In this document: in pieces, positions 10,058 to 20,280 of the stretch
How the letters are laid out: each line of letters opens with the position of its first letter
Position numbering within the stretch: the stretch's first letter is position 1
Source: a virus
Strand: one strand, 5' to 3'
IMG/VR virus record: IMGVR_UViG_637000268_000004
Coordinates: 428 to 64,427 of that record
Length of the DNA: 64,000 nucleotides
The notes under the pieces: generated by a model
Seen by the model: the letters and a program-made list of their open reading frames with translations, nothing else
Told to the model about the DNA's origin: nothing
Databases searched by the model: none
Program-made: the position numbers and the translations under genes

Positions 10058-10303
10058 TTGAACGGGGTTTTCAACGCGCTTGGAGTAATTACGATCGTTG
10101 TTGGAGGCGGGTTCGCCCTGTTCGCTCTTTCCAAACTAGAGTTAAGCTTGGCTCTTTTCGGCGCAGGCCTTATCGGCGGAGGCTTGGTCTTTTTAGCAGC
10201 CGCAGAAGTCATTTCCCTACTCAAGCAAATCAGGGATTCTGTCGCGCCTGAGCAGAGGTGCATTCTAAATGCTCCGAAGGCCAACGAGAATGAAAACACC
10301 TAA
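10058..10303 (+). CDS. Small membrane protein (moron) antisense to the tail operon
   Basis: TTG start after GAGGA; two hydrophobic helices; no homologue at the same slot in P2. Confidence 0.6.
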   Translation: MNGVFNALGVITIVVGGGFALFALSKLELSLALFGAGLIGGGLVFLAAAEVISLLKQIRDSVAPEQRCILNAPKANENENT

Positions 10304-10411
10304 AGATAGGCCGCCTGGTAGCGAGTTAAAGCCGACGGTTGAGTACTCTGTGCCGACGGTCGCGGCGGAAGTCATTCGACCTCAAGAGCTAGGGTGACAG
10401 CAACACTGGAA

Positions 10412-10866
10412 CTAACCCGCGAGTGCTGAAAGCGCTGCGCCCAGGTTGTCAGACAGTCTCTTTTGCTCCAGCGCCACGCCCGGATCTTCATCCGGTCTGT
10501 CATCATATGCCGGGGAGACCTTCATCGGCTCCCTGCCCCGCGCCAGTCCGTTGACGTAGGCAACACTCATCGCCCGCAGCTGGCTAGACTCCCAAGGCTC
10601 CAGGTATATGCCTGCCTCTTTCGAGAACGACCGGATCTCGGACCATTCAATCGGCTGCGCGCCCCCCATGTGGTCAAAGGTGCACCAGCCGATACCCTCT
10701 GGAGCCATGATGTCCAGAAGGTATTCGACCCCGGAGACATCGGGCAATGCGAGGTCGATCCCCTCTCTCTGCCAGAGCTTGAAGCGGCTGGTTTTCCATT
10801 CTTCAGGCCTTGCTGCAAGGAACCCGGCCTGGGCTGCGTAAAGCGTCAGCCGGCGGAGGCGTTTCC
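10412..10866 (-). CDS. Tail assembly chaperone, GT-like C-terminal extension (-1 frame)
   Basis: -1 frame is open from the slippery site GGGAAAC (10861-10867) to the stop at 10412. Confidence 0.75.
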
Positions 10867-11295
10867 CAAGTAGCCGCCGCGCTTAGCGGAGAACTCAGCG
10901 GCCTGTTCGGCAAATGACTTTTCGCCCTCCTGACCGTTGAATCGGTTCAGGCCAAAAAACCATTTCGCGTCACGCTTCGTAGCGGGCTTATCGCCATTGA
11001 AAACATTGTTGAAACCGACCACACGGGGAAGTAACCCTTCGACCAACTTATCGTGGATCTGGTCATACGAAACACCTTCGTCATCCGTATCACCTTCGGC
11101 GTCCTGCGAATTGGCGCGCGCCTTCTGAAGCTCGCGCATCGCTGCACGCACAGACGGAGCTTCAGAACCCAGAAGGATTACCTCACAAGGCTTGCCATCC
11201 TCAGTGAACAGTGGCGCCAAGGTGGCTGGGTCTTTCAGTTGCATAGCTGCGCCTTTTTCTGCGGCAGAAACGCTGTCGAACTTGTTGAAATCCAT
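10846..11295 (-). CDS. Tail assembly chaperone (lambda G-like)
   Basis: Between tail tube and TMP; ends with an in-frame G GGA AAC; identical protein in P2. Confidence 0.8.
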   Translation of the reverse strand: MDFNKFDSVSAAEKGAAMQLKDPATLAPLFTEDGKPCEVILLGSEAPSVRAAMRELQKARANSQDAEGDTDDEGVSYDQIHDKLVEGLLPRVVGFNNVFNGDKPATKRDAKWFFGLNRFNGQEGEKSFAEQAAEFSAKRGGYLGNASAG

Positions 11296-11393
11296 ATCAT
11301 CATCCTTTGGTTCAGTGGTTCAAACAGGCCGGGGGAACGAACCACCTTCCGCCCGGCCCTACCGTTCCTGAGAACGGATCAGCGCGCGGCAGG

Positions 11394-11843
11394 TTAGGCT
11401 GCGGCTTTCTTCAGGATCTCGTCAGGCATGATCTCAATCGAGGTGGTCGCCGTCACAACGTCATCGACACCGCCGATGCTCGGCTTGAACGACATGACCA
11501 GACCCACAAGGTAGTAGATCGTGCCATCTTGGAGTGTCACGGCGATGTAGACAGGATCATCGCTTTCGAGAGCGGTTTCCATTGCAGCTTGGCCGGCGTC
11601 GTCGGGGTCAAGCGCGAGGCTGGGGCTCAGGGTGCCGTTATTGAAGCTACCCTTGCCTTTCTTCGTCCCGCGGGTGGCCAGCGGGTTGTGAGTCACAAGT
11701 TGCCACTCCTTGCCGAACTCACCCACGTTCGTGATTTCACCAACGGAAGTGAAGGTGAGAGCGTCAAAGCCGGTGATGTCGTGAGTTGCGGGTGCAGCGG
11801 CCGAAATGCCGAGTGTCACCCCAGAGGCGGTCTGGTGCGCCAT
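11394..11843 (-). CDS. Major tail tube protein
   Basis: 149 aa; position after the tail terminator; identical in P2. Confidence 0.8.
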   Translation of the reverse strand: MAHQTASGVTLGISAAAPATHDITGFDALTFTSVGEITNVGEFGKEWQLVTHNPLATRGTKKGKGSFNNGTLSPSLALDPDDAGQAAMETALESDDPVYIAVTLQDGTIYYLVGLVMSFKPSIGGVDDVVTATTSIEIMPDEILKKAAA

Positions 11844-11903
11844 ATCAGTTTCCTTTCAGGATAGAGAGAAAGCGCCTAGGGGCGCGGATTTATAGGCCGA
11901 GGC

Positions 11904-12188
11904 CTATTCTTTCGGAACGACAGCCAATGGGGCGGAGAACTCAGCCATCACCTCGCCGTCGGACTCGACCGCTTCGGAGACTTTCCCCCGGTAGGTCACA
12001 CCGTTCTTCAGAGTGAACTCGAGAACATCACCCGGTTTGGGCAGCGGGCCTTTGAAAAGAGCGAAGGGATGCGTGGGCTTATTTTGCTCCATGGGCATGC
12101 GCTTCAGTTCGACACCTGTGACAACCATCGGTGCAGCGTCTTTGGATGCAGGTTTTGAGGCCGCCGAAGCGGTTTTCTTTGCGGTCAT
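11904..12188 (-). CDS. Hypothetical tail-region protein
   Basis: 94 aa, identical in P2. Confidence 0.65.
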   Translation of the reverse strand: MTAKKTASAASKPASKDAAPMVVTGVELKRMPMEQNKPTHPFALFKGPLPKPGDVLEFTLKNGVTYRGKVSEAVESDGEVMAEFSAPLAVVPKE

Positions 12189-12229
12189 TGAATGATCCTT
12201 TCGAGGGTGATTGAGGCTGTTTCAGCCAG

Positions 12230-12583
12230 TCAGTCGCGATACGTGATCGCGAATGTCAGAGAGACCCGGTGTGCAGCCGAGGCATCGCCGCTGTTGCTGT
12301 CTCGGATCGCAGTGAGAAGCGCACTGACGATCGGGCCGCCGCGGTACCCTTCCAGTACAGCCCGGACTTCACGCGACGCGCCGATAGCTTGATTATAGCT
12401 CGCGCCCCAGCAGTCGATCTGAGTGGAGCCTTGCATCAGCCCCTTGCTGTTCAAGGTGTGGTAGCGCTTCCCCGACATACGGGTCATAGTCACGCGTGGC
12501 ATGGTCTCCCCATCGCTGAAGAAGCCCCACTTCACCGGGCAACTCAGGGCGCCGGAGAGAGTTGAATACAGGTGCTCTTCCAT
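12230..12583 (-). CDS. Tail terminator / completion protein (DUF3168-like)
   Basis: Position; P...P.VT...S...QIDCW pattern. Confidence 0.75.
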   Translation of the reverse strand: MEEHLYSTLSGALSCPVKWGFFSDGETMPRVTMTRMSGKRYHTLNSKGLMQGSTQIDCWGASYNQAIGASREVRAVLEGYRGGPIVSALLTAIRDSNSGDASAAHRVSLTFAITYRD

Positions 12584-13038
12584 TAGAGGCCTCGCTTTGC
12601 GCGGCGCGCCAGGGTCGCCTCGATCTCTTCTCGCAACGACGCGGCCAGTCCCTCTAGGATCTGCCCACGGAACGCATCCCAGGAAGGTGTCAACATCGGT
12701 TGAGGTGAGACCGCACCAACGTACTTTCCGCTTTCGTGAAAGCGAGGCTCAGTGCCCAATTCCAGTAGATGCGCGTGAGGTGCGGAAGGAGTTGCGCCAA
12801 CATACATAGTCACCGCAGTGGTGCTGCTCTTGGCTTTTTGCAGGTTTCTCTTGAGCTTGGAGGAAACAGCGAATGCACTGTCGTCGGCGCCAGGCCATAG
12901 CCCGTTCGCCATATCTGCAACCGGCTGCAGCTCCTTTGACAGCGCGCGGCGTACAACGGCTTTCGATGTAGCCTTAGGCAGCGCAGCGAGCGCGTTATCG
13001 ACCTCTCTTAGGCCTTCGACCTTGAACAAAGACTTCAT
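12583..13038 (-). CDS. HK97 gp10-like tail-completion protein
   Basis: KVEGLRE..AL..L N-terminus and HLLE.GT...PQPML.P motif. Confidence 0.8.
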   Translation of the reverse strand: MKSLFKVEGLREVDNALAALPKATSKAVVRRALSKELQPVADMANGLWPGADDSAFAVSSKLKRNLQKAKSSTTAVTMYVGATPSAPHAHLLELGTEPRFHESGKYVGAVSPQPMLTPSWDAFRGQILEGLAASLREEIEATLARRAKRGL

Positions 13039-13050
13039 GTGCTGACATCC

Positions 13051-13443
13051 CTAGATGGGGTGCTCCGAGGTTTCGACACTCAAGAAAACCCATTTACTGT
13101 CCGAGATCGCGTCAACCTCAAGGACATTGTAACGCACGCCGGGGAGCGGATCCTGATCGTCGAGTCCTTCCGGAAGTCCTCGTTTCACCGTGCGCATACG
13201 GACGTTCTGAGCCAGAGACCGAGCGGTACCCAGTTTCCGGATCCGCACTCTGAAAACGGACCGACCCTGCAAGCGGGCCGCGTCGACACTCTCGGATCCT
13301 CTCATGAACATGAACTCAGCGCGGCAGGTTCGGATCTCGGTCCAAACATCGATCGTACCACCCAGACCATCGGGATGTCCGGGAACGCGACGGTCAAACG
13401 CAACAAGCTCTTTTAGCCTGCCGGCTCCAGCTCTATTCTTCAT
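13051..13443 (-). CDS. Head closure / head-tail adaptor
   Basis: AGRLKELVAFDR N-terminus; position. Confidence 0.75.
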   Translation of the reverse strand: MKNRAGAGRLKELVAFDRRVPGHPDGLGGTIDVWTEIRTCRAEFMFMRGSESVDAARLQGRSVFRVRIRKLGTARSLAQNVRMRTVKRGLPEGLDDQDPLPGVRYNVLEVDAISDSKWVFLSVETSEHPI

Positions 13444-13456
13444 GAGTCTCACCCTC

Positions 13457-14038
13457 TCACAAAGGAATGCGCCAGCGCGCCAAAAGAGCACCAACTGGTG
13501 CCGGCCAGCCACTATTCACATCTACCGGCATGATGGCCTCACGATGCTCATACCAAAGACCGACGATCATCTTGATGGCGACTTTCAACCCCGGCGGACA
13601 GGCGTTGGCACCACCGAACCCGGCGATGATCGAAATCCTGACAGGCCAGCTTGTATCTTTTAGCACTGGCATCTGCGTGCCGCTAACCAATGCCAACTGC
13701 GTCCGCTGCGAGGGTCGCGCATTCAGCTCATAGGCTCCTTCCGGCAAGGTCTGCTCCGCCCCGGACGCGTCCAGATAGGTGATGGTTACCGAACGAACCG
13801 GCTCTAGCGGAAGATCAAGTTTGACGGGAAAGCTTGGCAGCTCCAAAAGCCAAGTCTGTGTGATAATGGCCCGCCCAAGGATACCGGACGGGCCATCTAG
13901 GTAGTCCACTGCCGCCGCAATGAGACCCTCGAGCAGCTGATCATCTTCGGTGTCATCCGCCTCGACACGGCAGTGCCTTTTTGCCTCCTCGAGCGACACA
14001 GGAAGATCAGCCGCTGGCGTGGTAAGGGTCAGACGCAT
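13457..14038 (-). CDS. Head-tail connector (gp6-like)
   Basis: PVSLEEAKRHCRV...LKVAIKMIVGLWYEHRE motif. Confidence 0.85.
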   Translation of the reverse strand: MRLTLTTPAADLPVSLEEAKRHCRVEADDTEDDQLLEGLIAAAVDYLDGPSGILGRAIITQTWLLELPSFPVKLDLPLEPVRSVTITYLDASGAEQTLPEGAYELNARPSQRTQLALVSGTQMPVLKDTSWPVRISIIAGFGGANACPPGLKVAIKMIVGLWYEHREAIMPVDVNSGWPAPVGALLARWRIPL

Positions 14039-14041
14039 TCG

Positions 14042-14503
14042 TCAGGCCTTTTTTGCAGTGGATTTCTTGGTGGTATCCGATGAGGACCCTGACGCAGATT
14101 TGCTGGGTTTGGCAGAACCCCCTGAGGCCCCAACGGTGTCGGTTGATGTGGCGTCATCCGAACCAGACGCATCGGCAGCATCCGCTGCGCCAGGATCTCC
14201 GGTGACGGTCTCAAAGGCTGCGGGTGACGACTGATCGCCGCTTCCCGTTTCAATCACCACCGTACTGAGATCGATGCCCGACCCATTCCCAGCCTCTGTG
14301 CCAGATGCAACATCGACAACGGCATCGTCGCGATCCACCGGGCGCCCCAGCTCATCGGCGGTTTCGGTCTTCAAGGCACGTTTAGCGCCAGGAAGAACAG
14401 CAACACCACCCGCGATCAACTTGTCCGCCAACGCATCATCGAATCCGGCGATTTCGCCTGGTTGATACATGCGATAGGATTTCAGAAACTCGACAGACTT
14501 CAT
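14042..14503 (-). CDS. Hypothetical head-associated protein with low-complexity tail
   Basis: ORF coupled to both neighbours. Confidence 0.6.
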   Translation of the reverse strand: MKSVEFLKSYRMYQPGEIAGFDDALADKLIAGGVAVLPGAKRALKTETADELGRPVDRDDAVVDVASGTEAGNGSGIDLSTVVIETGSGDQSSPAAFETVTGDPGAADAADASGSDDATSTDTVGASGGSAKPSKSASGSSSDTTKKSTAKKA

Positions 14504-14961
14504 GCTGGCAAGCGGTCCGCACCGCCGAATACGAGGACGGATGACAACGCGGCCGTGTCAGTATTGGCCGCACTGAGATCGGGGGTGAAGTTCGCGCGAA
14601 CGTAGCGCCCCGCCCCCATGATAGCTGCATCGAGCTCGAGGGTGCCCGTGACGGCTCCACCACCGGAGGGGCCCGTTGCAACCACGGCGCTCGCAGCAGT
14701 GGTCACGGCTGTGGCACCGCTGAGATTCGGGTCGTTGCTGGACTCGATTTCGCAGGCAATCGACAGCGTCTCTCCCTCCGCGAGGGTCGCAGAGAACGGG
14801 ATGGCGAGTACGCAGCTTTGCGGGAAACCGATCTCGCCGCGATCAATGATGGCGCCCACCACTTCGACGTTGTCGCCTGCCCCGCCTGCCGTCGCTGCGA
14901 CGTTGGCGGTGGCGCGCATAACCGAAATCAGCGCGCCGATATTTCGAAATTGTGTGGTCAT
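14500..14961 (-). CDS. Putative capsid decoration/cement protein
   Basis: Directly after the capsid gene; beta-rich, with a ..RYVRA.. motif. Confidence 0.6.
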   Translation of the reverse strand: MTTQFRNIGALISVMRATANVAATAGGAGDNVEVVGAIIDRGEIGFPQSCVLAIPFSATLAEGETLSIACEIESSNDPNLSGATAVTTAASAVVATGPSGGGAVTGTLELDAAIMGAGRYVRANFTPDLSAANTDTAALSSVLVFGGADRLPA

Positions 14962-15024
14962 GACATGTCTCCTCAGTATGACCGAAGGGTAATGGCGGGC
15001 CCGACTGGGCCCACCGGCTCAGGA

Positions 15025-16344
15025 TCAGAGGCCGGGTGCCCAAGTGACGCCCGTAAGGACGGCCACGGCTGGCAGATGGCGCAGGCCAATGTCATGCTGC
15101 ATGATCATCCGCATCAGTGTCTCGTCGCGAGAGAACGCGGCCTGCATATTGCCCGCGGAGTCCTTGTAGGCCGCTTCGGTAGACATCGCGACTTCAATGC
15201 CCATGTGCTCACCAACAAGGATGTGACCCGGATGCGCCAGCATGATCTCGGACTCGTTGCCGCCTCCACCAAGGTTACTCGGGATCTCGGTGGTGATGTG
15301 CACCGGTTTCATGCGCAGCTGGCCATTGGCCATCTCCGGATAAACCTTGTTGCCATTGCCGTCGCGCAGGTTGGTCAGGAACATCGCAATTTGCGGCGAC
15401 ATGATCCAATGCGCCCCGGTCACAACGACATTGTTGTTCGCCAGAGCGAGCTCGAGGCGGCCGAGATCGTTATCCACCTTTTGCAGATCCGGCGCAGCGG
15501 TCATCGTCAGCACATGGGTCGCGGCGAAAGGCGTGCCCGTGTGCTGGAAACGAAGCCCCTTTGGCGCATAATCTGTTCCCGCACCGCGGAGGAAATGACG
15601 ATCCTGGATCTGCGCAGCATCGGCCAGTGCATCATCGCGCACCATTCGGTCGACGGCCGTGGAGGCCGTGCGCAGCAGGTCATTGGATATCGGGATGATC
15701 CCGCTCAGCTTCTTCGCCGACAGCTTCACCTGACCATACTCGTATCCGGTTGCCTTGATGTCCTGCTGCTCACCGCCATATTCGAAATTTGCTCCGCTCG
15801 CGCGGCGGTTGGTAGTCATATTCCCGTTCGGCATGGGAACAATACGCGGGCCCATCGCTGTAACGACGCTGAGCGGGCGCAACAGCTCGATCACCTCACT
15901 GGACACATCTTCCGGCACCAGAAATCCGCCGGCGGTGCCGGTGGACATGTTCTGGCTGGCAAAAAGACCGCTGTCTCCGCTCGCCTCGGCGATCTGCTGT
16001 GCAACATACTGGTTGCCGCCCGCCGCCGCGATCGTGCGCACCATGCGAGCGAACTGCAGGCCTGGCTCCTTCGGGGCTGCGGGTGCAGTCGGTACCCCAC
16101 CAGCTTCGGTGCCCGCAGCACCAGGCAGCGGCGCGGCCGGACGCGCGGCCTCAGCGCGGCGGCGCTCCACATCTTCAAGGCGGGTGAGCTCTGCCGTCAC
16201 CTTATCATCTTCGGCCTTCAGGGCATCGAATTGGGCAGTCTGATCCTCTGTCCATTCCTCCCCATCGCCGATTGACGCAACCAGCGCGTCCATACGGTCG
16301 ATGATACCCGCGCGGCGGGCTCGCAGTTCCAGGATCTTATCCAT
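15025..16344 (-). CDS. Major capsid protein (HK97 fold)
   Basis: GGFLVPED, KKLSGIIPISNDLL motifs and N-terminal coiled coil. Confidence 0.92.
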   Translation of the reverse strand: MDKILELRARRAGIIDRMDALVASIGDGEEWTEDQTAQFDALKAEDDKVTAELTRLEDVERRRAEAARPAAPLPGAAGTEAGGVPTAPAAPKEPGLQFARMVRTIAAAGGNQYVAQQIAEASGDSGLFASQNMSTGTAGGFLVPEDVSSEVIELLRPLSVVTAMGPRIVPMPNGNMTTNRRASGANFEYGGEQQDIKATGYEYGQVKLSAKKLSGIIPISNDLLRTASTAVDRMVRDDALADAAQIQDRHFLRGAGTDYAPKGLRFQHTGTPFAATHVLTMTAAPDLQKVDNDLGRLELALANNNVVVTGAHWIMSPQIAMFLTNLRDGNGNKVYPEMANGQLRMKPVHITTEIPSNLGGGGNESEIMLAHPGHILVGEHMGIEVAMSTEAAYKDSAGNMQAAFSRDETLMRMIMQHDIGLRHLPAVAVLTGVTWAPGL

Positions 16345-16346
16345 GG

Positions 16347-17294
16347 TCAGTTCCTCATTGCGGCGCGCCGCCGCGTTTCGATTTCAGCGGCCGCGTGCGC
16401 ACTGCGACCCGCTCCAGTTTTCCGGGTGCGCCCGGAACCTTCAGTCAGCACCCCCTCAAGTGTGCCAATGCGATCAGCCATGCCCGCCTCGATGGCGCGC
16501 GTGGCCGAGAGCATTGCGCCGCGGCCAAAATCGCTTCGCACGCGATCGGCCGAGACGCGGCGACCGGCGGCCACATCTGCGATGAACACCTCCTCTATGG
16601 CGTCGATGTCTTTCTGGATGGCCGTCCGGCCCTCTTCCGTGGACGGATCCGGACGTTTGTTCGGGGCATTGCTGCTGACGATCTCATAAGACCGGCGCCC
16701 CTGGTTATCCGCCGCCTCCTGCCGGGACAGCGACGCGACCACCCCGATCGAGCCGACCGCCGCAGAGCGATCCATCACGATCTCGCCAAATTGGCTGCAG
16801 AGCCAATAAGCCGCCGAGGCGCAGTTGCCGGTGACAAAGGCGGTGATCGGCTTTGTGGTGGCACGCAGCGTTTCAGACGCTTCGCCGAGCCCGGAGACCA
16901 CGCCGCCCGGGCTATCCACCACCACGACGATCCGATGCACATCGGTCGACGCCTGCGCCACGCGGATGTCCCGCATAAATGCGTTCAAGGAAGTTCCGTC
17001 GGAAGAAGCGTTAATCATCGATGCCCGTGGAAAAATCGGCCCGAACATCGGCACCACGGCGGATCCGTCGCGGACAGTGCTCATCCCAGCTCCCTCGAGG
17101 CGCGTTCCTACCGCCGCAACGGCCGACAAATTGCCTTCGAGGCGCGGAATGTGGCCGTCCTGCGCGATCCGCTTCAGCACGTCTTCATCAAGGGCGCGCA
17201 GCGCGATGGCTTCGATCGCATCGAGATAATCCGGCATGATCGCCCAGGGCTGCGCCCGAATGGCCGCAACCAGCGCCGTCAATTCCTGTTTCAT
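16347..17294 (-). CDS. S49 (SppA/ClpP-like) prohead protease
   Basis: VDSPGG, CASAAYW, VGSIGV motifs. Confidence 0.88.
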   Translation of the reverse strand: MKQELTALVAAIRAQPWAIMPDYLDAIEAIALRALDEDVLKRIAQDGHIPRLEGNLSAVAAVGTRLEGAGMSTVRDGSAVVPMFGPIFPRASMINASSDGTSLNAFMRDIRVAQASTDVHRIVVVVDSPGGVVSGLGEASETLRATTKPITAFVTGNCASAAYWLCSQFGEIVMDRSAAVGSIGVVASLSRQEAADNQGRRSYEIVSSNAPNKRPDPSTEEGRTAIQKDIDAIEEVFIADVAAGRRVSADRVRSDFGRGAMLSATRAIEAGMADRIGTLEGVLTEGSGRTRKTGAGRSAHAAAEIETRRRAAMRN

Positions 17295-18577
17295 GATTGG
17301 TCTCCGCTGGTGTCTTCGGTGCTGCCCGGCGCCGCAGATGCTCCGGCTACTTGCATGTTCGCCGGCATCCAGTAGTCCGTCCCCGCATTGCCTTCGATGT
17401 TGGGAAGGTTCTCGTAGCTGCGCAGTTCGTTGCCGTTCACCATGCCCATCTGGCGTTGCAGCCAATAAGCCTCCATCCTGCTCTTCAGGTCGCCTTTGAC
17501 TAGCTCGGCAGTGACATGCTCAAAGTAGAACCCGATCTTGGCAAAGGCCTTAGTCGCGGCCTGGGCAACCCGCGTGTAATGGGGGCCCAAGTGATAGATG
17601 ACGAACTCGAGGCTTTGTTGCTCGATGTTACCGAAGGTGGCGCGCGACAAATCAAAGATCAGGTGCGGCGGCACACCCCAGATTCGGGCGAGATCGACCA
17701 CCTGAAACTGTCGCGTTTCCAGATATTGGCTGGATTTCAAATCATGAGCCAAGAACTCGGCCTTTAGATCTTGATCGAGGACAGCAACCATATCGGCGTC
17801 TGGACCCGAATACATTTGGGTCCAGTCGGTCTTGATCCGATCCTTATCGGTAGGCCCAATGGCTTTCTCGCTGGTCAGCACCGTCGAAGGGCGCCCGCCC
17901 TTGTTCCAGAACCGAGCCGCGTGATCCGCTGTTGCAATTGCACCGCCCAAGGCATCACGTGCGTATTGCACGGGGTTGAGACCCTGAACCCCATCCCGAG
18001 AGAACCCGCCAACGTGAAAGATATCACGCGCCGGGAAACGCTCATGGCTTCCATCCGGCAAGGTGGCATCGAAAAAAAGGATCGATCCTTCGGCGCGATC
18101 GAAATATTCGACCGGCTGACACTGGCCGGGCTTCAGCCGGGTCACCGCCTTCACCTCGCCCCGAAAATCCCGGCTGACATAGCCGTAGAAATTCCCGGTC
18201 AACAGGATGTCCGCCAACAAGAGCTCAAAGAACGCATAGGCAGTCTGGTGACTGTTTGGACCCAGCCGAAACAACTGCGCCGCCGGGTTGCCTTCGGCCG
18301 ACATCCGCCCCCTGTCGGTCTTCTGGTAAAAATGCAGCGGCGTCATCGCAAAGACGCCGGTCAAGATCCGAAGCGCCTGCAAGGTGGCTGGAATGGTCAA
18401 GGCGGTGGTTTCGCTCACCGGCACGCCGGCCTTTGATCGACCGCCCGCAACGACAAAACCCTTCCATTGACGTTCGCTCGAAACCGAGGTGTCTGAAGCT
18501 GCAGACACCGGTGGTTCAGCGCGCACGGCTGGTTCAGCCAGCGTCGCCGCTGGCCGAAGGAAATCAAAAATTCCCAT
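17291..18577 (-). CDS. Portal protein
   Basis: GNFYG, LNPVQYAR, DLARIWGVPP motifs; between terL and protease. Confidence 0.92.
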   Translation of the reverse strand: MGIFDFLRPAATLAEPAVRAEPPVSAASDTSVSSERQWKGFVVAGGRSKAGVPVSETTALTIPATLQALRILTGVFAMTPLHFYQKTDRGRMSAEGNPAAQLFRLGPNSHQTAYAFFELLLADILLTGNFYGYVSRDFRGEVKAVTRLKPGQCQPVEYFDRAEGSILFFDATLPDGSHERFPARDIFHVGGFSRDGVQGLNPVQYARDALGGAIATADHAARFWNKGGRPSTVLTSEKAIGPTDKDRIKTDWTQMYSGPDADMVAVLDQDLKAEFLAHDLKSSQYLETRQFQVVDLARIWGVPPHLIFDLSRATFGNIEQQSLEFVIYHLGPHYTRVAQAATKAFAKIGFYFEHVTAELVKGDLKSRMEAYWLQRQMGMVNGNELRSYENLPNIEGNAGTDYWMPANMQVAGASAAPGSTEDTSGDQS

Positions 18578-18579
18578 TC

Positions 18580-20280
18580 TCACATCCCGTTGTAAACGAA
18601 GGTCTTGGACCCCGCCGCAACCGGATTGCGGCTCATCAAGGTAAAGGCGTTCATGCCGGCAATCAGGGGGTCGATCTTGGCCCGCCCCGCGGCCTCTTTG
18701 GTCATCCGCACGGCAGAACCGCGCTGTTCAACCTTGGCGTTGCCAAGCACCCACTCCATCATCGGTTGCCCGCTGTGCAACAGCGTGCCGTCTTTCAGCT
18801 TCCGCTCCATGCCCCAGATCGCCGGTGACAAGCGCCAGTCTTGACCGATGTTGCGTAGCTGATCTTCCGCGACACCGATCGACATCAATTCTTCGAGGAT
18901 CGCGTAGACCTGCACCGTATCCAGCCCGATTGCGGCCTCCTCCGGCAGCAACTGCGCCTCGAGAAGTTTGCCAACAATCCGCGCTGCGCCCTCGATATCT
19001 CCCGTTGGCTCGTCCTCACCCAGTAGAATAAGATCGCCAGCCTTGGCGAAATCACCCAGACGCGACGCAATCTCCTTACGCACCCGCAGCACTTCTGGAT
19101 GCGCCCAGGCGTGGAACCACATCAACCAATTTTTGGTCTCGATCTCGCGCCCGACCACGGCCAGCCCAAACAGGTCATCCAGACCGCCGCCGTCTAGCCC
19201 AACAACCGCTACGTCAGACCGGGCAATCAACTCATCAAGGCCGAACGTCTGCGGCCCTGCTTTCTTCCAATAGTGCGCGCCGGTCCATCCGCCACCGAGG
19301 CCGACGCCGATTTCGACGTTGAAGTGCTGAGAGGCCAACAGCTGCAGCTCTTTCGGCCCTTTTTCACGCGCCTTGACCAGCTGGTCCTGCAGGAAGGCCG
19401 GATCGACAGATCGGCCGAGGTGCGGATTGACCAGCGCCCAAGTCTCTTGCTTCTGCCAGCTTTTGGCCAGCTTTTTGGGCAACTCATAGAGCACGGCCAA
19501 CATCGGCGACTGCAACCGCCCGTCCCGCACGGCACGCGCGGTCTCGAGCTCAGCCTTGAACACGCCGGCGGGCTGTTCCTTTGATTGGGTAGTGATCTGC
19601 ATCACAAACCCTTCAGGCCGGGATGCCAATGCCCCCCGCAGTTCGAGAAAAACTCCGTCCGCCTTGCTCTTGCGGGCAAACTCGTGGGTTTCGTCAATCA
19701 TCGTATAGGTGGCCTTGCCACCGGTGATGACGTCCCCATCAGCGGCCTTTACCGAGATCTCCGCCTTGCTGACCAGATGCGTGATCATCCGGGCGTGATC
19801 TTGAATATGGAACCGCTTGTCCAGCTCCGGATCGGCCCGGATGATCCCCTTGATCTGTTTGAAGGAGATCTTGGCGATCGTCATCGTAGGGGCGATCAGC
19901 AGCAGCTCCGCTTCAGGCCGTTCATTCATGATGCAGGCGGTCAGGATGATCGCCGCCGCGATCGCCGACTTCCCGTTCTTCTTTGGGATCAGCAGGAAAA
20001 ATTCCCGCAGCATCCGCCGTTTCTTGACTGGGTCGTAGCTGCCGAAGATGGCACGCACCAGATCAAAGACCCACTGATCGCTGACCTCGCCGTAGGTAGG
20101 TTGCCCGATAAGATCGGGAACCCGAAGCCGTTTGAAGATCCGCAGCGCCCGCTCAGCTGGCTCGTCCCACAACGGAAGATCCGGGATCAGCGATTGCCGA
20201 TTGAGGATCCGCTCTTCCCAGTCCGGAACCGCCGTGGACCAAGCCGCCCGCTCAGCAGGATCAATGAACGCATCGAGCAT
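18580..20280 (-). CDS. terL: Terminase large subunit
   Basis: IPKKNGKS Walker A, IDETHE Walker B, GLDGG and KIDPLIA nuclease motifs. Confidence 0.93.
   Translation of the reverse strand: MLDAFIDPAERAAWSTAVPDWEERILNRQSLIPDLPLWDEPAERALRIFKRLRVPDLIGQPTYGEVSDQWVFDLVRAIFGSYDPVKKRRMLREFFLLIPKKNGKSAIAAAIILTACIMNERPEAELLLIAPTMTIAKISFKQIKGIIRADPELDKRFHIQDHARMITHLVSKAEISVKAADGDVITGGKATYTMIDETHEFARKSKADGVFLELRGALASRPEGFVMQITTQSKEQPAGVFKAELETARAVRDGRLQSPMLAVLYELPKKLAKSWQKQETWALVNPHLGRSVDPAFLQDQLVKAREKGPKELQLLASQHFNVEIGVGLGGGWTGAHYWKKAGPQTFGLDELIARSDVAVVGLDGGGLDDLFGLAVVGREIETKNWLMWFHAWAHPEVLRVRKEIASRLGDFAKAGDLILLGEDEPTGDIEGAARIVGKLLEAQLLPEEAAIGLDTVQVYAILEELMSIGVAEDQLRNIGQDWRLSPAIWGMERKLKDGTLLHSGQPMMEWVLGNAKVEQRGSAVRMTKEAAGRAKIDPLIAGMNAFTLMSRNPVAAGSKTFVYNGM

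Noticed and set aside
10039-10299. Minus-strand 86-aa ORF in the moron slot
   Set aside because: The + strand frame has an RBS and a coherent membrane-protein composition; the minus frame looks like its shadow
14818-16275. Long + strand ORFs opposite structural genes (also 16395-17375, 19585-20601, 44211-46094 and similar)
   Set aside because: Antisense shadows of high-GC coding genes; no motifs, and not conserved as ORFs between P1 and P2
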